The notes beneath the pieces were generated by a model. The model saw nothing but the letters and a program-made list of their open reading frames with translations. It had not been told where the DNA came from and made no database searches. Position numbers and translations under genes: made by a program. A DNA stretch of 64,000 bases from Dehalococcoidia bacterium (GTDB taxonomy: Bacteria > Chloroflexota > Dehalococcoidia > GIF9 > AB-539-J10), in contig JAUWOR010000010.1 of the NCBI GenBank assembly GCA_030612025.1, forward strand, positions 7,109 to 71,108, written 5' to 3'. Below, piece by piece: positions 16,967 to 27,248 of this stretch. Every line of letters starts with the position of its first letter. The stretch's first letter is position 1.

Positions 16967-19688
16967 GGTAGTAATAGGTTGTGCTTGGCACCAGTCCTGT
17001 GTCTGATTTGCCGGTTGCAGTGCCGAAATAAACTTGTGTGCCGTCGTCCCTATTTGCTGGGTAACCTCCTTGTTTTCTCTGTATTTTTGTCTTCTGAGCT
17101 CCGGCACCTTTAGTCCAGGACAAACTTATCTGGGTGGTACTGGCTGTGGTGGCGCTGAAGCTGGTTGGCGCATCGGGTTTGGTCAGGAAGCTTAACTCAG
17201 GGCCGCTGCCTGTGCCAGCACTGTTCTTGGCCTGTGCCCTGAAATAGTACTTGGTCCCTTTGTTAAGGCCAGAAATGTTTTCACTGAAGGACTGTCCGGT
17301 GGTTTTAGTTTCCACACTCCAGCCCGTGTAGGTGTAAGGCCCTCCTTGGGTGGTGCTGTAGCCAAACTGATACTGGCAGACTTCACCACCGTCATCGGTT
17401 ACCGCGCCGTGAAGAGTAGCTGTAGTCTCTTCAACAGAGGTGGCAGCATTTGTGGTTACCGTTGGCGCTCCTATTGATGTTGTGGTAGCCTGGTCTTGGG
17501 CATAGTTATCAGACCATTGTTCGCTTCCCTGGACGTATGACCAGGCTCGGTAATAATAAGTTGTCCCCGGCGTTAGTCCTGTATCAGATTTGCTGGTTCC
17601 TGTTCCGAAGTAAACCTCAGTGCCATCGTTTCTATTCGCTGGGTAGCTACTTTCTTTCCTCTGTATCTTTGTCTTCTGGGCACCAGCTCCCTTAGTCCAG
17701 GACAAATTTATCTGAGTGGTGCTGGCTGTGCTGGCGGTAAAGCTGGTTGGTTCATCAGGTTTGGTCAGGAAGCTTAGCTCAGAGCCACTACTGGTTCCAG
17801 CACTATTCTTGGCCTGTGCTCTGAAGTAATATTTAGTTCCCTTATTAAGGCTTGAAATAGCTTCGCTGAAGGACTGGCCTGTGGTTTTAGTTTCCACACT
17901 CCAGTCAGTGTAGGTGTACGGTCCTCCCTGGGTCGTGCCATAGCCAAAGCGATACTGGCAGGCTTCACCACCATCATTGCTTACCATGCCATTAAGGGTG
18001 GCAGAGTTCTCCTCTACCAAGCTTGCGGCATTGGTAGTCACCGTTAGCGCTGGTGAGGGTGTCGGCAAGTAAAGCCTGCCACTTCCATACAGGTTATCTT
18101 TCCCAGAAGCACCGAGAGCAACGGCATTCGTCTCAAGATAATTCTGTATTTGCTCCGGAGTGTAAGAGGGAAAGCGTTGCTTGACCAGCGCCGCCGCCCC
18201 TGCCCCATAAGGAGCCGAAGCTGACGTGCCATAGAAATTCTCTGCTCCATAGGTGGAGGTGCTCACGCCATCAGGAGCAACCAAATCGGGTTTTGTCCTA
18301 GCGTCCACCGTTGGCCCCTGAGAACTGAATGATTCCAGCGTTGTAGGGTCGTCCCAGAACACAGCTCCCATGGTCATAGCGCTGGGCGAGTCAGCGGGTA
18401 CACACAGGCTGCCAGCCGCAACCTGATATTGTAGATTGTAGCGTGTGCGTGTCAGGTGGAAGTTGACTACTTCCGGTTCACCCCAGGCAGCTATTAGTAT
18501 GTGATAGATTCCTGTGTATGTAGGGGTATACGACAAAAATTCGTACGGGTCGTCATTACCATCTTGTATCCTGCAAGAGCACGCAACTAGAAAAGAGTTG
18601 TTATCAAGCAACAATAAATCATAGTCATTGCCAGAATTGCCCCAGGGATCATCCCATTTGAGGCTAACTACAATGTCATTTCCGCTGTTGGCAGTGATCG
18701 CATTAGACTCATCAAAGGGTGATTGGTTAAATTCGTGGATGTCATCCATATCACTATCTACAAAGTCTCCCTGCCAGTGACGCTGGGCATAGTTCCCCGC
18801 CGCCTGAGACCACAGGATGCAGGCAGCTCTGGCATCATCCACCATCTGACAGAACAGTCCAGTGCCATCCCCTGGCCCTCCTGGGAGCCAATCCATGGAG
18901 CAGGAGATAACATCAACCCCCTGAGCTATAAGCCAGTCAACAGCATTACCCATCTCGACACTACTGTCAAAGTTGGCCAGATAAAACTGGGCGTCGGGAA
19001 CAAGGTCGTACACGATCTCGGCACAGGCAGTGCCGTGTACAGATGTTCCCTCATTTCCATAGCTTGGAGCCCACCAACTTGCAACCGTGGCAGGCAATTC
19101 CGTACCCAAGAGAGAATCATATCCAGAGAAACCACCATCCAGAATGCCGACCTTCACTCCGGTCCCCGTAAAGCCAGCACTATGCCAGTCATCGGCGTTA
19201 ATCAGGCTTACACCCTCACTGATAACTGATGGTATGGGTTTGAAAGGCAAGCGCACCAATTTAACACTAGCATCATCAGCTAATGCCTCAACCTGAGCGA
19301 CGGGTATCCCAACCTGTACCAGATCCTTATAGCTAGTTTCTACATCGGCACCGAGAGCCTCGGCGATACGCATAACTTCATCCTCCTGCCCACCCACAGC
19401 CTCAATAACCACCCTGGTCCAGTCACCTTCCACATCTATGCCAGATTTTTGAGCAAAAGCGCTCAAATCACCTTTTTCGTAAGCCGCAACCAGTTGGTCC
19501 AGCCGCGACCCCAGCTTAGGATGTCCCTTAGTAATCTCTGGGAGGGCATTAAGATTCGATAAGATGTCATCCTCATCATCAGCCGAAGCACTTCCAGTAG
19601 CCGCACCTCCTATAACCGAAAAGGCTAAAGCGAGGCATAAAATGAGGTTTAGAATTCTCGCCGACCACCCGTTCTTCATGTTTAACAT
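16938..19688 (-). CDS. Subtilisin-like S8 serine peptidase with signal peptide and two tandem ~195-aa FN3-like repeat units (N-terminal portion of a disrupted ~1460-aa gene)
   Basis: Signal peptide; S8 catalytic region (HGTACAEIV..., GTSASAPY); tandem units each ending YYFRAQAKNSAGT..SFLTKPD..YYYR; ORF terminates YYYRGLVLCPRE* where repeat unit 1 reads YYYRAWSYVQG. Confidence 0.75.
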   Translation of the reverse strand: MLNMKNGWSARILNLILCLALAFSVIGGAATGSASADDEDDILSNLNALPEITKGHPKLGSRLDQLVAAYEKGDLSAFAQKSGIDVEGDWTRVVIEAVGGQEDEVMRIAEALGADVETSYKDLVQVGIPVAQVEALADDASVKLVRLPFKPIPSVISEGVSLINADDWHSAGFTGTGVKVGILDGGFSGYDSLLGTELPATVASWWAPSYGNEGTSVHGTACAEIVYDLVPDAQFYLANFDSSVEMGNAVDWLIAQGVDVISCSMDWLPGGPGDGTGLFCQMVDDARAACILWSQAAGNYAQRHWQGDFVDSDMDDIHEFNQSPFDESNAITANSGNDIVVSLKWDDPWGNSGNDYDLLLLDNNSFLVACSCRIQDGNDDPYEFLSYTPTYTGIYHILIAAWGEPEVVNFHLTRTRYNLQYQVAAGSLCVPADSPSAMTMGAVFWDDPTTLESFSSQGPTVDARTKPDLVAPDGVSTSTYGAENFYGTSASAPYGAGAAALVKQRFPSYTPEQIQNYLETNAVALGASGKDNLYGSGRLYLPTPSPALTVTTNAASLVEENSATLNGMVSNDGGEACQYRFGYGTTQGGPYTYTDWSVETKTTGQSFSEAISSLNKGTKYYFRAQAKNSAGTSSGSELSFLTKPDEPTSFTASTASTTQINLSWTKGAGAQKTKIQRKESSYPANRNDGTEVYFGTGTSKSDTGLTPGTTYYYRAWSYVQGSEQWSDNYAQDQATTTSIGAPTVTTNAATSVEETTATLHGAVTDDGGEVCQYQFGYSTTQGGPYTYTGWSVETKTTGQSFSENISGLNKGTKYYFRAQAKNSAGTGSGPELSFLTKPDAPTSFSATTASTTQISLSWTKGAGAQKTKIQRKQGGYPANRDDGTQVYFGTATGKSDTGLVPSTTYYYRGLVLCPRE

Positions 19689-20062
19689 CCTTCTTTCATC
19701 ATGACGGCCAAATTAGTTTTCACTGTTGGCACGTTGCCAAGCTGCTTTATAAGCTTCAGGATAATCGCTGGGGGAATTATACGAAGGACTAATCAACTCA
19801 CTTAGGCAAGGACAAAAAGAGCGCAGATTACACCTGTGCTTGTTGGGATAAACATGATAGGAATGAGAATAGCCCCACTTCCGCAATATGTCACCTCCGA
19901 CTTTCCTATACGAGCATAACACTATTAAAGGAATTTCTCAATGGGTTTTGGAGGGATTTTGGTTAAAGAGATAAGGCTTATCGAAAGGCATCTTGGCTGC
20001 TTTGCTTCTTCAAACAGCCAAACGAATACAAGTTGCTTTCCACACTGGTTTAATTCCCTTCG

Positions 20063-20545
20063 CTATGAGATTCCTCTTAATTTAGCGATTAACTTCTCAA
20101 CACCTTCCGCTGAAATTTCTACAGTTTCTGGAGCCATTTCATTTTCATAGAAGTTTTTATGTAGGCCATTTGCTACATGAAAAAGCCTGATGAAGTCCTT
20201 ATCTTTGCCTTCCTTCGCCAGTGTGTTAATAAAATCCCACAAGCTCCCGTGCTTCTCCAATTTTAATCCCCTCTTAGCAGCTACCATCTTAACTGCTAGT
20301 GAAGTAGCACCCCATAGCTTTTCAGAAGTTTGAACAAGATCTCCCTTATTCAAAAATTCCCTTGCCTCAGCGAAGTATTTCTCGCTCAGGGATTGGTAGT
20401 GTTCAATAAGTTCCTCAGGGTCCAGCTCTTCATGCAAGCTATTGCGAATTAGCTCAACTCCTAATTCCTCAGGCAAGGTTCCAGTTTCCCCAGCCCTCTC
20501 CCTTAACTTCTCATCAAGCTTTTTGGGTAAAATGATAGCAACCAT
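20063..20545 (-). CDS. HEPN-domain protein with N-terminal RHH-like segment (PaREP1-like architecture)
   Basis: 160 aa; R-x6-H motif RGLKLEKH inside helical AREFLNKGDLVQTSEKLWGATSLAVKMVAAKRG region. Confidence 0.4.
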   Translation of the reverse strand: MVAIILPKKLDEKLRERAGETGTLPEELGVELIRNSLHEELDPEELIEHYQSLSEKYFAEAREFLNKGDLVQTSEKLWGATSLAVKMVAAKRGLKLEKHGSLWDFINTLAKEGKDKDFIRLFHVANGLHKNFYENEMAPETVEISAEGVEKLIAKLRGIS

Positions 20546-20768
20546 TATGCACCTCCACGTGTTGCATTCATCGTCCTTCTCTCTCCAGCCAGAGCCTGAG
20601 TTTTGGCACCAAGAATATCCTCATACTTTTTTCATATTCTAAACCACATTGGTGTTGAGAACAACCTCGAGTTGGGTTAGCTACTTAAATGATTTGACAC
20701 GTAGGACGAAAGCCCTAGCTTTCCAGGCTGAGTCTGGACCCCTCTCAGCCATAAGCGTGCTAAGCAGA

Positions 20769-22379
20769 CTAACGTTGCTCCAGATATACTTGGCTCAAGT
20801 CAGGAATGCCCAGAGCATTGAGCTCATAACCTTTGACGTAAGGTTTAACCAAGATATGATTGATACCAAACCATAAGGGCAAGCAGGGAGCTTCATCCAC
20901 TATCTTCTGCTCAGCTTGCTGATACATAGATAGGCGAGTAGATCCTTCGCTATCGCTCAGGACTGTGTCCGGCTCAATGGCAGCTTGGTCAAGTAAGCTA
21001 TCTATCCCAGGATTGCTATAGCCAAAGATATTGTTCTCACTTCCAGTATAGAAAAGGTTATCCAGGAAATTATGTGGGTCGGGGTAATCAGCTACCCAGC
21101 CAAGCATAAACATCTCGTCCCTTTCCTGCTTTAGATGATAAAGAAATTCTTCTGGCTCTAGTTGCCTCACTAACAGCTCAACTCCAAGATTCTCCCGCCA
21201 TTCCTCAATGATGGCTCCCAGGTAATCTGGAATATTATTGCCATAACCGGAAACGGTGAGAGCAATCGGTGGTAAATTGGAAACATCTCCATACTTTGAG
21301 GCGGCAATAAGCTCCTTCGCCCTCCCCACATCGTAGTCAAGTCCTTTCAGCTCTTCGTTATAGCCAGGCATGCCTGGAGGTAGAATGCCCTTCGCTTCAG
21401 TCATCATACCCCTCAATATCAACCTAGCAATGCGCTCCTTATCCACAGCGTGGCAAAAAGCGCGGCGGATGTTGACATCGTCAAAGGGAGGCTTGGTGGT
21501 GTCAAAGCCAATATAATAAAGGCTGAGTTCAGGCGTTACGGCTAATTCCCGATGGAATGGGCTAGCCTCATCCTCTGCCAGGTCAATATAATTCCGGAAA
21601 AGGGGAGTGACATCAATCTCGCCTTTTTCATACATAGCCATGGGCATACCAGCTAGAAGATGAAAAACGACCTGCTTTACCTTAGCCGGTTGACCATAAT
21701 AAACTTGGCTACGCTCCAAAATCAAAAGTTGTCCTTGTACCCATTCCCTTAGCCTAAAAGGACCTGTTCCATTTGGCTGATGCCACCAACCCTCTCCTGA
21801 TTCCACATTGGTGCTGTCAACCACAAAGGCAGTAGGATATGTCAGCTTGCACAGGAAATAAGCCTTGGGCGCATCGATGGTAACCGCGAGAGTGTAATCA
21901 TCAAGAACTCTGATTCCCGAAATTTCCTTCGCTCTGCCTGCCAGCATGTCCTTAGCGCCAACGATGTCGCCCAGATAAGTGGCTGCCGTCTGAGAGCCGG
22001 TGGCAGGGTCACAGACTCGCTCCCAGGAGTATTTGAAATCGGCAGCCTTAACCTCTTGGCCATCATGAAACTTTACCCCGTGGCGAAGGTAAAAGGTGTA
22101 TGTTCTGCCATCCTGGCTTTGTTGCCATCTCTCAGCGATGTCAGGCACTACCTCTAATTCAGCATCAAGCCGAACTAAACCACTGAAGATCTGCATCACA
22201 TAGGTATGAGAGGTCATTTCGCTGGAAATCGCTGGGTCAAGCGTTATGGGACCAATATCCCAAAGGTTAAGAATATCTTGGCCGGAAGACAACTCCCAAG
22301 GCTGGCAGCCAACCGAGGGCAAAAGCAATAAGGCACAAATAAGCAGGGGTAATAATACAAATTGCCAGATTCTTTTCAT
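20769..22379 (-). CDS. ABC transporter substrate-binding protein, family 5 (peptide/nickel)
   Basis: 536 aa, lipoprotein-type signal LLPSVGC, SBP_bac_5-like sequence. Confidence 0.8.
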   Translation of the reverse strand: MKRIWQFVLLPLLICALLLLPSVGCQPWELSSGQDILNLWDIGPITLDPAISSEMTSHTYVMQIFSGLVRLDAELEVVPDIAERWQQSQDGRTYTFYLRHGVKFHDGQEVKAADFKYSWERVCDPATGSQTAATYLGDIVGAKDMLAGRAKEISGIRVLDDYTLAVTIDAPKAYFLCKLTYPTAFVVDSTNVESGEGWWHQPNGTGPFRLREWVQGQLLILERSQVYYGQPAKVKQVVFHLLAGMPMAMYEKGEIDVTPLFRNYIDLAEDEASPFHRELAVTPELSLYYIGFDTTKPPFDDVNIRRAFCHAVDKERIARLILRGMMTEAKGILPPGMPGYNEELKGLDYDVGRAKELIAASKYGDVSNLPPIALTVSGYGNNIPDYLGAIIEEWRENLGVELLVRQLEPEEFLYHLKQERDEMFMLGWVADYPDPHNFLDNLFYTGSENNIFGYSNPGIDSLLDQAAIEPDTVLSDSEGSTRLSMYQQAEQKIVDEAPCLPLWFGINHILVKPYVKGYELNALGIPDLSQVYLEQR

Positions 22380-22381
22380 TT

Positions 22382-23071
22382 CTAGAATAAATTCTTGGCC
22401 TTCAGGCTCGAATAGCTTTTATCACAGACAATAATATGGTCCAGGACATCAATGCCCATGATTTCACCCGCCTTGGCCAGCCGCTTAGTTAACTCGATAT
22501 CCTCTTTTGATGGCCCTGGGTCGCCTGAAGGATGATTATGCACAAAGATTACCGAGGCAGCGCTGGAGGAGATAGCTTCCTTGAATACCTCGCGGGGGTG
22601 GACAATGCTAGTATCCAGGCTGCCCATAGAGATCGCCCGGCAATTTATGACATTGTTTCTAGTGCCTAAACAAAGAACCAAAAAGTGCTCCTTCTTCTTG
22701 CCTTTCAATTGGCTCTTTACTACGTTTACCACATCTTCTGGGGACTTGATTACTGGCTTCCCACTCACATCGACAGGGCTCTCCAGCCTCTTGCTCAATT
22801 CAACCGCAGCTTTAATCTGGGCTGCCTTGGCTGGACCAATACCTTTTATCTCGGTCAGTTCTTCTATGGAGGCATCGGCAACCCCCTTTAGATTACCGAA
22901 TCGGCTCAATAGCCTTTGAGCAGTTACCATGACGGATTCGCCTTTAACCCCTCGACCTAAGATTAAAGCTAAAATCTCCTGAGCCGAGAGAGCTTCACTA
23001 CCCAGCTTAAGCAGCCTCTCCCGGGGACGCTCACTAAGAGGCAAGTCATGAACGGTAAAAGAGTTTTTCAT
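22382..23071 (-). CDS. radC: RadC-like JAB/MPN domain protein
   Basis: HhH N-terminus and JAMM motif HNHPSGDPGPSKEDIELT. Confidence 0.8.
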   Translation of the reverse strand: MKNSFTVHDLPLSERPRERLLKLGSEALSAQEILALILGRGVKGESVMVTAQRLLSRFGNLKGVADASIEELTEIKGIGPAKAAQIKAAVELSKRLESPVDVSGKPVIKSPEDVVNVVKSQLKGKKKEHFLVLCLGTRNNVINCRAISMGSLDTSIVHPREVFKEAISSSAASVIFVHNHPSGDPGPSKEDIELTKRLAKAGEIMGIDVLDHIIVCDKSYSSLKAKNLF

Positions 23072-23152
23072 AAGCTATCTCCTTAACTAACCTCGGTCTA
23101 TTTGATTTTGCCTCAGATTCAAAACTAGATTTGGCTCATCTCCGGATTCTCG

Positions 23153-23230
23153 TAGTGCGACCCTTCAGGGTCGTGCACGAGGCTACCCCGTGTAGTAATC
23201 TTCGCTACTACACGGGGTAGCCTCGCACTA
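23153..23230 (+). repeat. REP family B element with an extra nested inner hairpin
   Basis: GTAGTGCGACCCTTCAGGGTCGTGCACGAGGCTACCCCGTGTAGTAATCTTCGCTACTACACGGGGTAGCCTCGCACTAC. Confidence 0.8.
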
Positions 23231-24481
23231 CATTTTTAAACACCCTCCAACTTTCCTATATGACCGCCGCCAAGTCCATTCTTCTAAAGCTAAAGCACCG
23301 GCTAAAGCCAGTGATGCGGCCAAAGCTGATAACACGGCGATTAAGGCAGGATGTAGCCATACCATCTCAGCCTGAACCACCGGAGCTATCAGTGTTTCTC
23401 GCCAGCGGCTATCAAGCCCGTCTATGTCAAAACCATAAACCTGGGTTAAAGCTCCATCGTAGGTGTCACCTTCCTTGAAGAGGGTTAATAGATTGAGCAT
23501 TTTATTTTCGCCATAATTGCGGAGAAGGTATTCCACCAGGCTATAACTCTGAGCATAGGAGAGATAAGCTTTTTCTGGTTCAGCGGAAAACGGACTGCAC
23601 AAGCTGCGGACAGAAATTAGCTTACCCTCAGAGATAGCCTTGCCCAAGTAGGCTCGGAAATAAGGGTCGAGCTCCCCCTCGTTATACATAGCTAAGCCCT
23701 CATCAAGCCAGGTGGGCAGTTCGCCATAGGGACTGAAAGTTGCCTGGTGAACGACTAAATGCGTCAGCTCGTGAACTAAAGCTTTTTTGCCCCAATCAAG
23801 TTGATTTGGTGAAATGCCGATGGCAATTATGCCAAACTCAGTAAAAGCAACACCCCCGGTCCACTCCCGGGGGAAAATCATGGCTCCTTGCAAGTCTCCG
23901 GCTGAAGCATAGATATATATTCTAATAGGCTTCGAGATTGCTTCGCCACTGTGCGCCTCGCAATGACTGATAGGCTTCAATCTAGCAAGCCCTTGCTCAC
24001 AAGCATCTATTAATTCCTGAGCAAAAGAATCGTCTCCTTCATACCAGAAAAGGGTTAAATCACTCTTATTTAGGCTTTGCCAATCATAGCGGCCATCATC
24101 AAAATGCACTTCGGCTGGAGGAGTTTCAAGCTTATTTCCAGCAGCATCTCGCATCGTCCACCAATATGATATAGCTGCCCCAGGAGGCAAGCTCGATTTT
24201 CTCATATCCCAAACCCAACTAGTTTCTACTCTGGTTGCTGGAGCAAAGTCAGGCCACCCCTCGCTGGTAACCTGGGCGTAATTCATCCTATCCACCTGAT
24301 AATGAAGGCGAGCATCAACAATATCAGCCTCACTCTCAGCTTCGATAGTGAAGACAAGCGCAATGGGAAAATGCACCTCTACGCTGCTATCCAAGACTGC
24401 GATGCCACTATCCGCCTTGACCAGGGAAGGGGTGAATAGTAAGAAAAGAAGTAGAGCTACTAAGCTAATACGCTTAATCAT
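23228..24481 (-). CDS. Secreted/membrane-anchored putative zinc metallopeptidase (HEXXH), 417 aa
   Basis: Signal peptide, HELTHLVVHQ motif, C-terminal TM; start overlaps prfB stop by 4 nt (operonic). Confidence 0.45.
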   Translation of the reverse strand: MIKRISLVALLLFLLFTPSLVKADSGIAVLDSSVEVHFPIALVFTIEAESEADIVDARLHYQVDRMNYAQVTSEGWPDFAPATRVETSWVWDMRKSSLPPGAAISYWWTMRDAAGNKLETPPAEVHFDDGRYDWQSLNKSDLTLFWYEGDDSFAQELIDACEQGLARLKPISHCEAHSGEAISKPIRIYIYASAGDLQGAMIFPREWTGGVAFTEFGIIAIGISPNQLDWGKKALVHELTHLVVHQATFSPYGELPTWLDEGLAMYNEGELDPYFRAYLGKAISEGKLISVRSLCSPFSAEPEKAYLSYAQSYSLVEYLLRNYGENKMLNLLTLFKEGDTYDGALTQVYGFDIDGLDSRWRETLIAPVVQAEMVWLHPALIAVLSALAASLALAGALALEEWTWRRSYRKVGGCLKM

Positions 24482-25562
24482 TTCTCTTCGCCTACTTTGG
24501 AACGAAGATAGGCAGTGATAAATCCATCCAAATCTCCATCCAATACAGCCTCAGCATTGGCTACCTCATAGTTAGTGCGATGGTCTTTTACCATTTTATA
24601 GGGATGAAGGACATAGCTTCTAATCTGACTCCCCCACTCAGCCTCGATACGCTTACCCTTAAGTTTCGCCTTTTCCTCCTCTTTCTTCACGCGCTCTAGC
24701 TCGAGGAGGCGAGTATAAAGGATTCTCAAGGCAGTCTCCTTATTCTGATGTTGAGACCTCTGACTCTGACAGGCAGCTACTAACCCGGTAGGCAAGTGAG
24801 TTATCCTAACAGCGCTGCTCGTCTTCTGCATATGTTGCCCACCAGGACCACTGGACCTAAAGGTATCTATTCTTAAATCTTCTGGGCTGATTTGGATATC
24901 CAATTCCTTCTCTACTTCAGGAAGAACTTCTACTAAGGCAAAAGAGGTATGCCGAGCATGATCAGCATCAAAGGGAGAAAGGCGAACCAACCTATGAACT
25001 CCATGCTCACATTTAAGATAGCCATAGGCGTAATCCCCTTTAACTTCCACGATGGCACTTTTGATGCCAGCTTCCTCACCAGGAGAGACATCCAATATTT
25101 CAGCTTGATAATCATGCCGCTCTGCCCACCTGAGGTACATCCGGAGTAACATATTTACCCAATCCTGAGACTCCGTGCCACCAGCGCCACTATGAAGGGC
25201 AAGCATGGCATTTCTGGCATCGTAATCACCACTGAAAATCAACTGGCTCTCCAATCGCTCAAACTGAGAGGCCAATTTCTTCAACTCCTGCTGCATCTCC
25301 GCCTTAAGGGAATAATCACCTTCCTCAACAGCTAGAGTTGCCATATCATAAAGGTCAGCGACTTCCCTCTCCAGCTGGCGCCAATTATGGACTAAATTTT
25401 TCTTCACCCCGAGCTGACGCATAATAGCTTGAGCTTTAGCCGAGTCACGCCAGAAATCGGGACTAGCTGATTCTGCCTCTACCCGGGCAATCTCCTTCTC
25501 TTTACCAGGAATGTCAAAGATGCACCATTATATCTGAGATTCGGCGGTGTAAAGCTTCTAAA
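24478..25562 (-). CDS. prfB: Peptide chain release factor 2 with programmed +1 frameshift
   Basis: ORF0 MEEERENLEALHRRISDIMVHL then CTT TGA C shift site (25493..25499, minus strand) joining frame of the 314-aa ORF; GGQ and SPF motifs present. Confidence 0.9.
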
Positions 25563-25596
25563 TTTTCCCTTTCTTCCTCCATTTATCCTCCTTATA

Positions 25597-26298
25597 TCAA
25601 CTAAATAACTTCCCTTGATAACTTGGCTCAAAGACTAGGTTGCCACCAGCAGCGAGGTGAGCTAAACGAGTAGGCTCAGGAAGACGATAGCCACGACAAC
25701 ACTTCGTCACCCAGTATAGAGCCGAGGCAAGGTCAATTTTGTGACCTACAGAAACATATATCGGTTTCGTTCCAATTTTAGTTCTTAATGCTGCTCCAAT
25801 AATCTCGCCATTATCAACCAGCTCAGCATGGCAACCAACTTTCGCCCCTACAGGCTCATGCCTGCCGCAAAGAATAGATTTAGCACAACCTATGGTGGGC
25901 ACATTGAGAAAAAGTCCCAAATGTGAGGCAAGCCCTAACCGCCTGGGATGAGCTATCCCTTGACCATCAACTAGAACAAAGTCAGGGGTATTACATAGCT
26001 TTTCACAAGCAGCCAGTATTAAAGGGCACTCCCGGAAGGATAATAGGCCTGGTATGTAGGGGAAAGTAATCTTGCTTTCAGCAGTTTTAATTTCCACTAC
26101 ACTAAACTCAGGATAGCTAAGGACCACCACTGCTCCTCGAGCTATGCCTTGAGAGTTGGGAGAAGATATATCAACGCCGGCAACAAGATGTGGATTAATG
26201 CCCTGGTTCTTAGTCACTACTTTTCTTGCCAAGCTCAATTGTATCTCCTTAGCTTGAGCAAAGTTCATCTCCCACCCATGCAATTTGTTTACTTTCAT
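25597..26298 (-). CDS. nfi: Endonuclease V (deoxyinosine 3' endonuclease)
   Basis: YIPGLLSFRE, DGQGIAHPRRLGLASHLG, GYRLPEPTR conserved EndoV blocks. Confidence 0.85.
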   Translation of the reverse strand: MKVNKLHGWEMNFAQAKEIQLSLARKVVTKNQGINPHLVAGVDISSPNSQGIARGAVVVLSYPEFSVVEIKTAESKITFPYIPGLLSFRECPLILAACEKLCNTPDFVLVDGQGIAHPRRLGLASHLGLFLNVPTIGCAKSILCGRHEPVGAKVGCHAELVDNGEIIGAALRTKIGTKPIYVSVGHKIDLASALYWVTKCCRGYRLPEPTRLAHLAAGGNLVFEPSYQGKLFS

Positions 26299-26392
26299 AA
26301 TCTTATTGAATTATAAAGCATTCTTCCCCAATGGCAAACCTTAAAGCCACAAAACCATTGACAATTACAATTGCTTAAGAGATAATAGTTAA

Positions 26393-26668
26393 GTGGTTAA
26401 AATCAGATTACGCCGGGTAGGAAGGAAACATAAACCAATCTACCGAGTGGTAGTAGCTAATAGCCGGTCACCTCGTGATGGCAAATTTATCGAGACCATC
26501 GGACATTACAATCCTTTAACCGACCCGGCTACTGTTGATATTAACGAGGAAAAAGCATTAAAATGGCTTAACTGTGGGGCTCAGCCCACAGATACTGTTT
26601 ATAGCTTATTGCGCAAATTAGGCATTATGGATAAATTTAAGCAACAGCAAACCTCAAACCAAAATTAG
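26393..26668 (+). CDS. rpsP: 30S ribosomal protein S16
   Basis: [22 protein letters not shown]. Confidence 0.9.
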   Translation: MVKIRLRRVGRKHKPIYRVVVANSRSPRDGKFIETIGHYNPLTDPATVDINEEKALKWLNCGAQPTDTVYSLLRKLGIMDKFKQQQTSNQN

Positions 26669-26684
26669 CTGTTAAGGAGACAAA

Positions 26685-26912
26685 ATGAAGGAGTTAGTAG
26701 AATACATTGTTAAATCCATCGTGGCAGAGCCAGACAAGGTAAACATTACTGAAGAAAATAGTGATATAGGCTTATTGATCAAATTGGAAGTCGCTCCGGA
26801 GGATAAAGGCAGGGTTATCGGTAGACAAGGACGGGTAGCCGAAGCGATACGCACTTTACTCCGAGTAAAGGCAGCCAGGGCTGATACTAGAGTCAGATTA
26901 GAAATATTGTAA
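26685..26912 (+). CDS. KH-domain RNA-binding protein (YlqC/UPF0109) downstream of rpsP
   Basis: VIGRQGRVAEAIRTLL KH GXXG motif; conserved rpsP-KH gene order. Confidence 0.8.
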   Translation: MKELVEYIVKSIVAEPDKVNITEENSDIGLLIKLEVAPEDKGRVIGRQGRVAEAIRTLLRVKAARADTRVRLEIL

Positions 26913-27248
26913 CCAGGACACTAGTTTGCCTGCCCCTTTTATGGAGCATTAAATTTTGCCTCCCCAACTTTAAAAATGGCATATTTCGTCAAGGGTGGGG
27001 CGGTGAGTTCGTTTATGATATGGGACGATTAATAGCGCCAATATGCCTGCAACTCTCAATACGCCTAAATCGAAATGCAATCCTGCCAATCACAATCGCT
27101 AGCTAGACCAATACTCCCTATACGAGCAGTGAAACCCATAGCTAAAAATCTAGCTGCTTAAAAGAAACCCAGATGCCAATTCAAAATGGAATACAGCAAT
27201 ATTTAAAAAGCTGTTGCCAATGCCGAGACGAAGCCAACCCATGAATCT

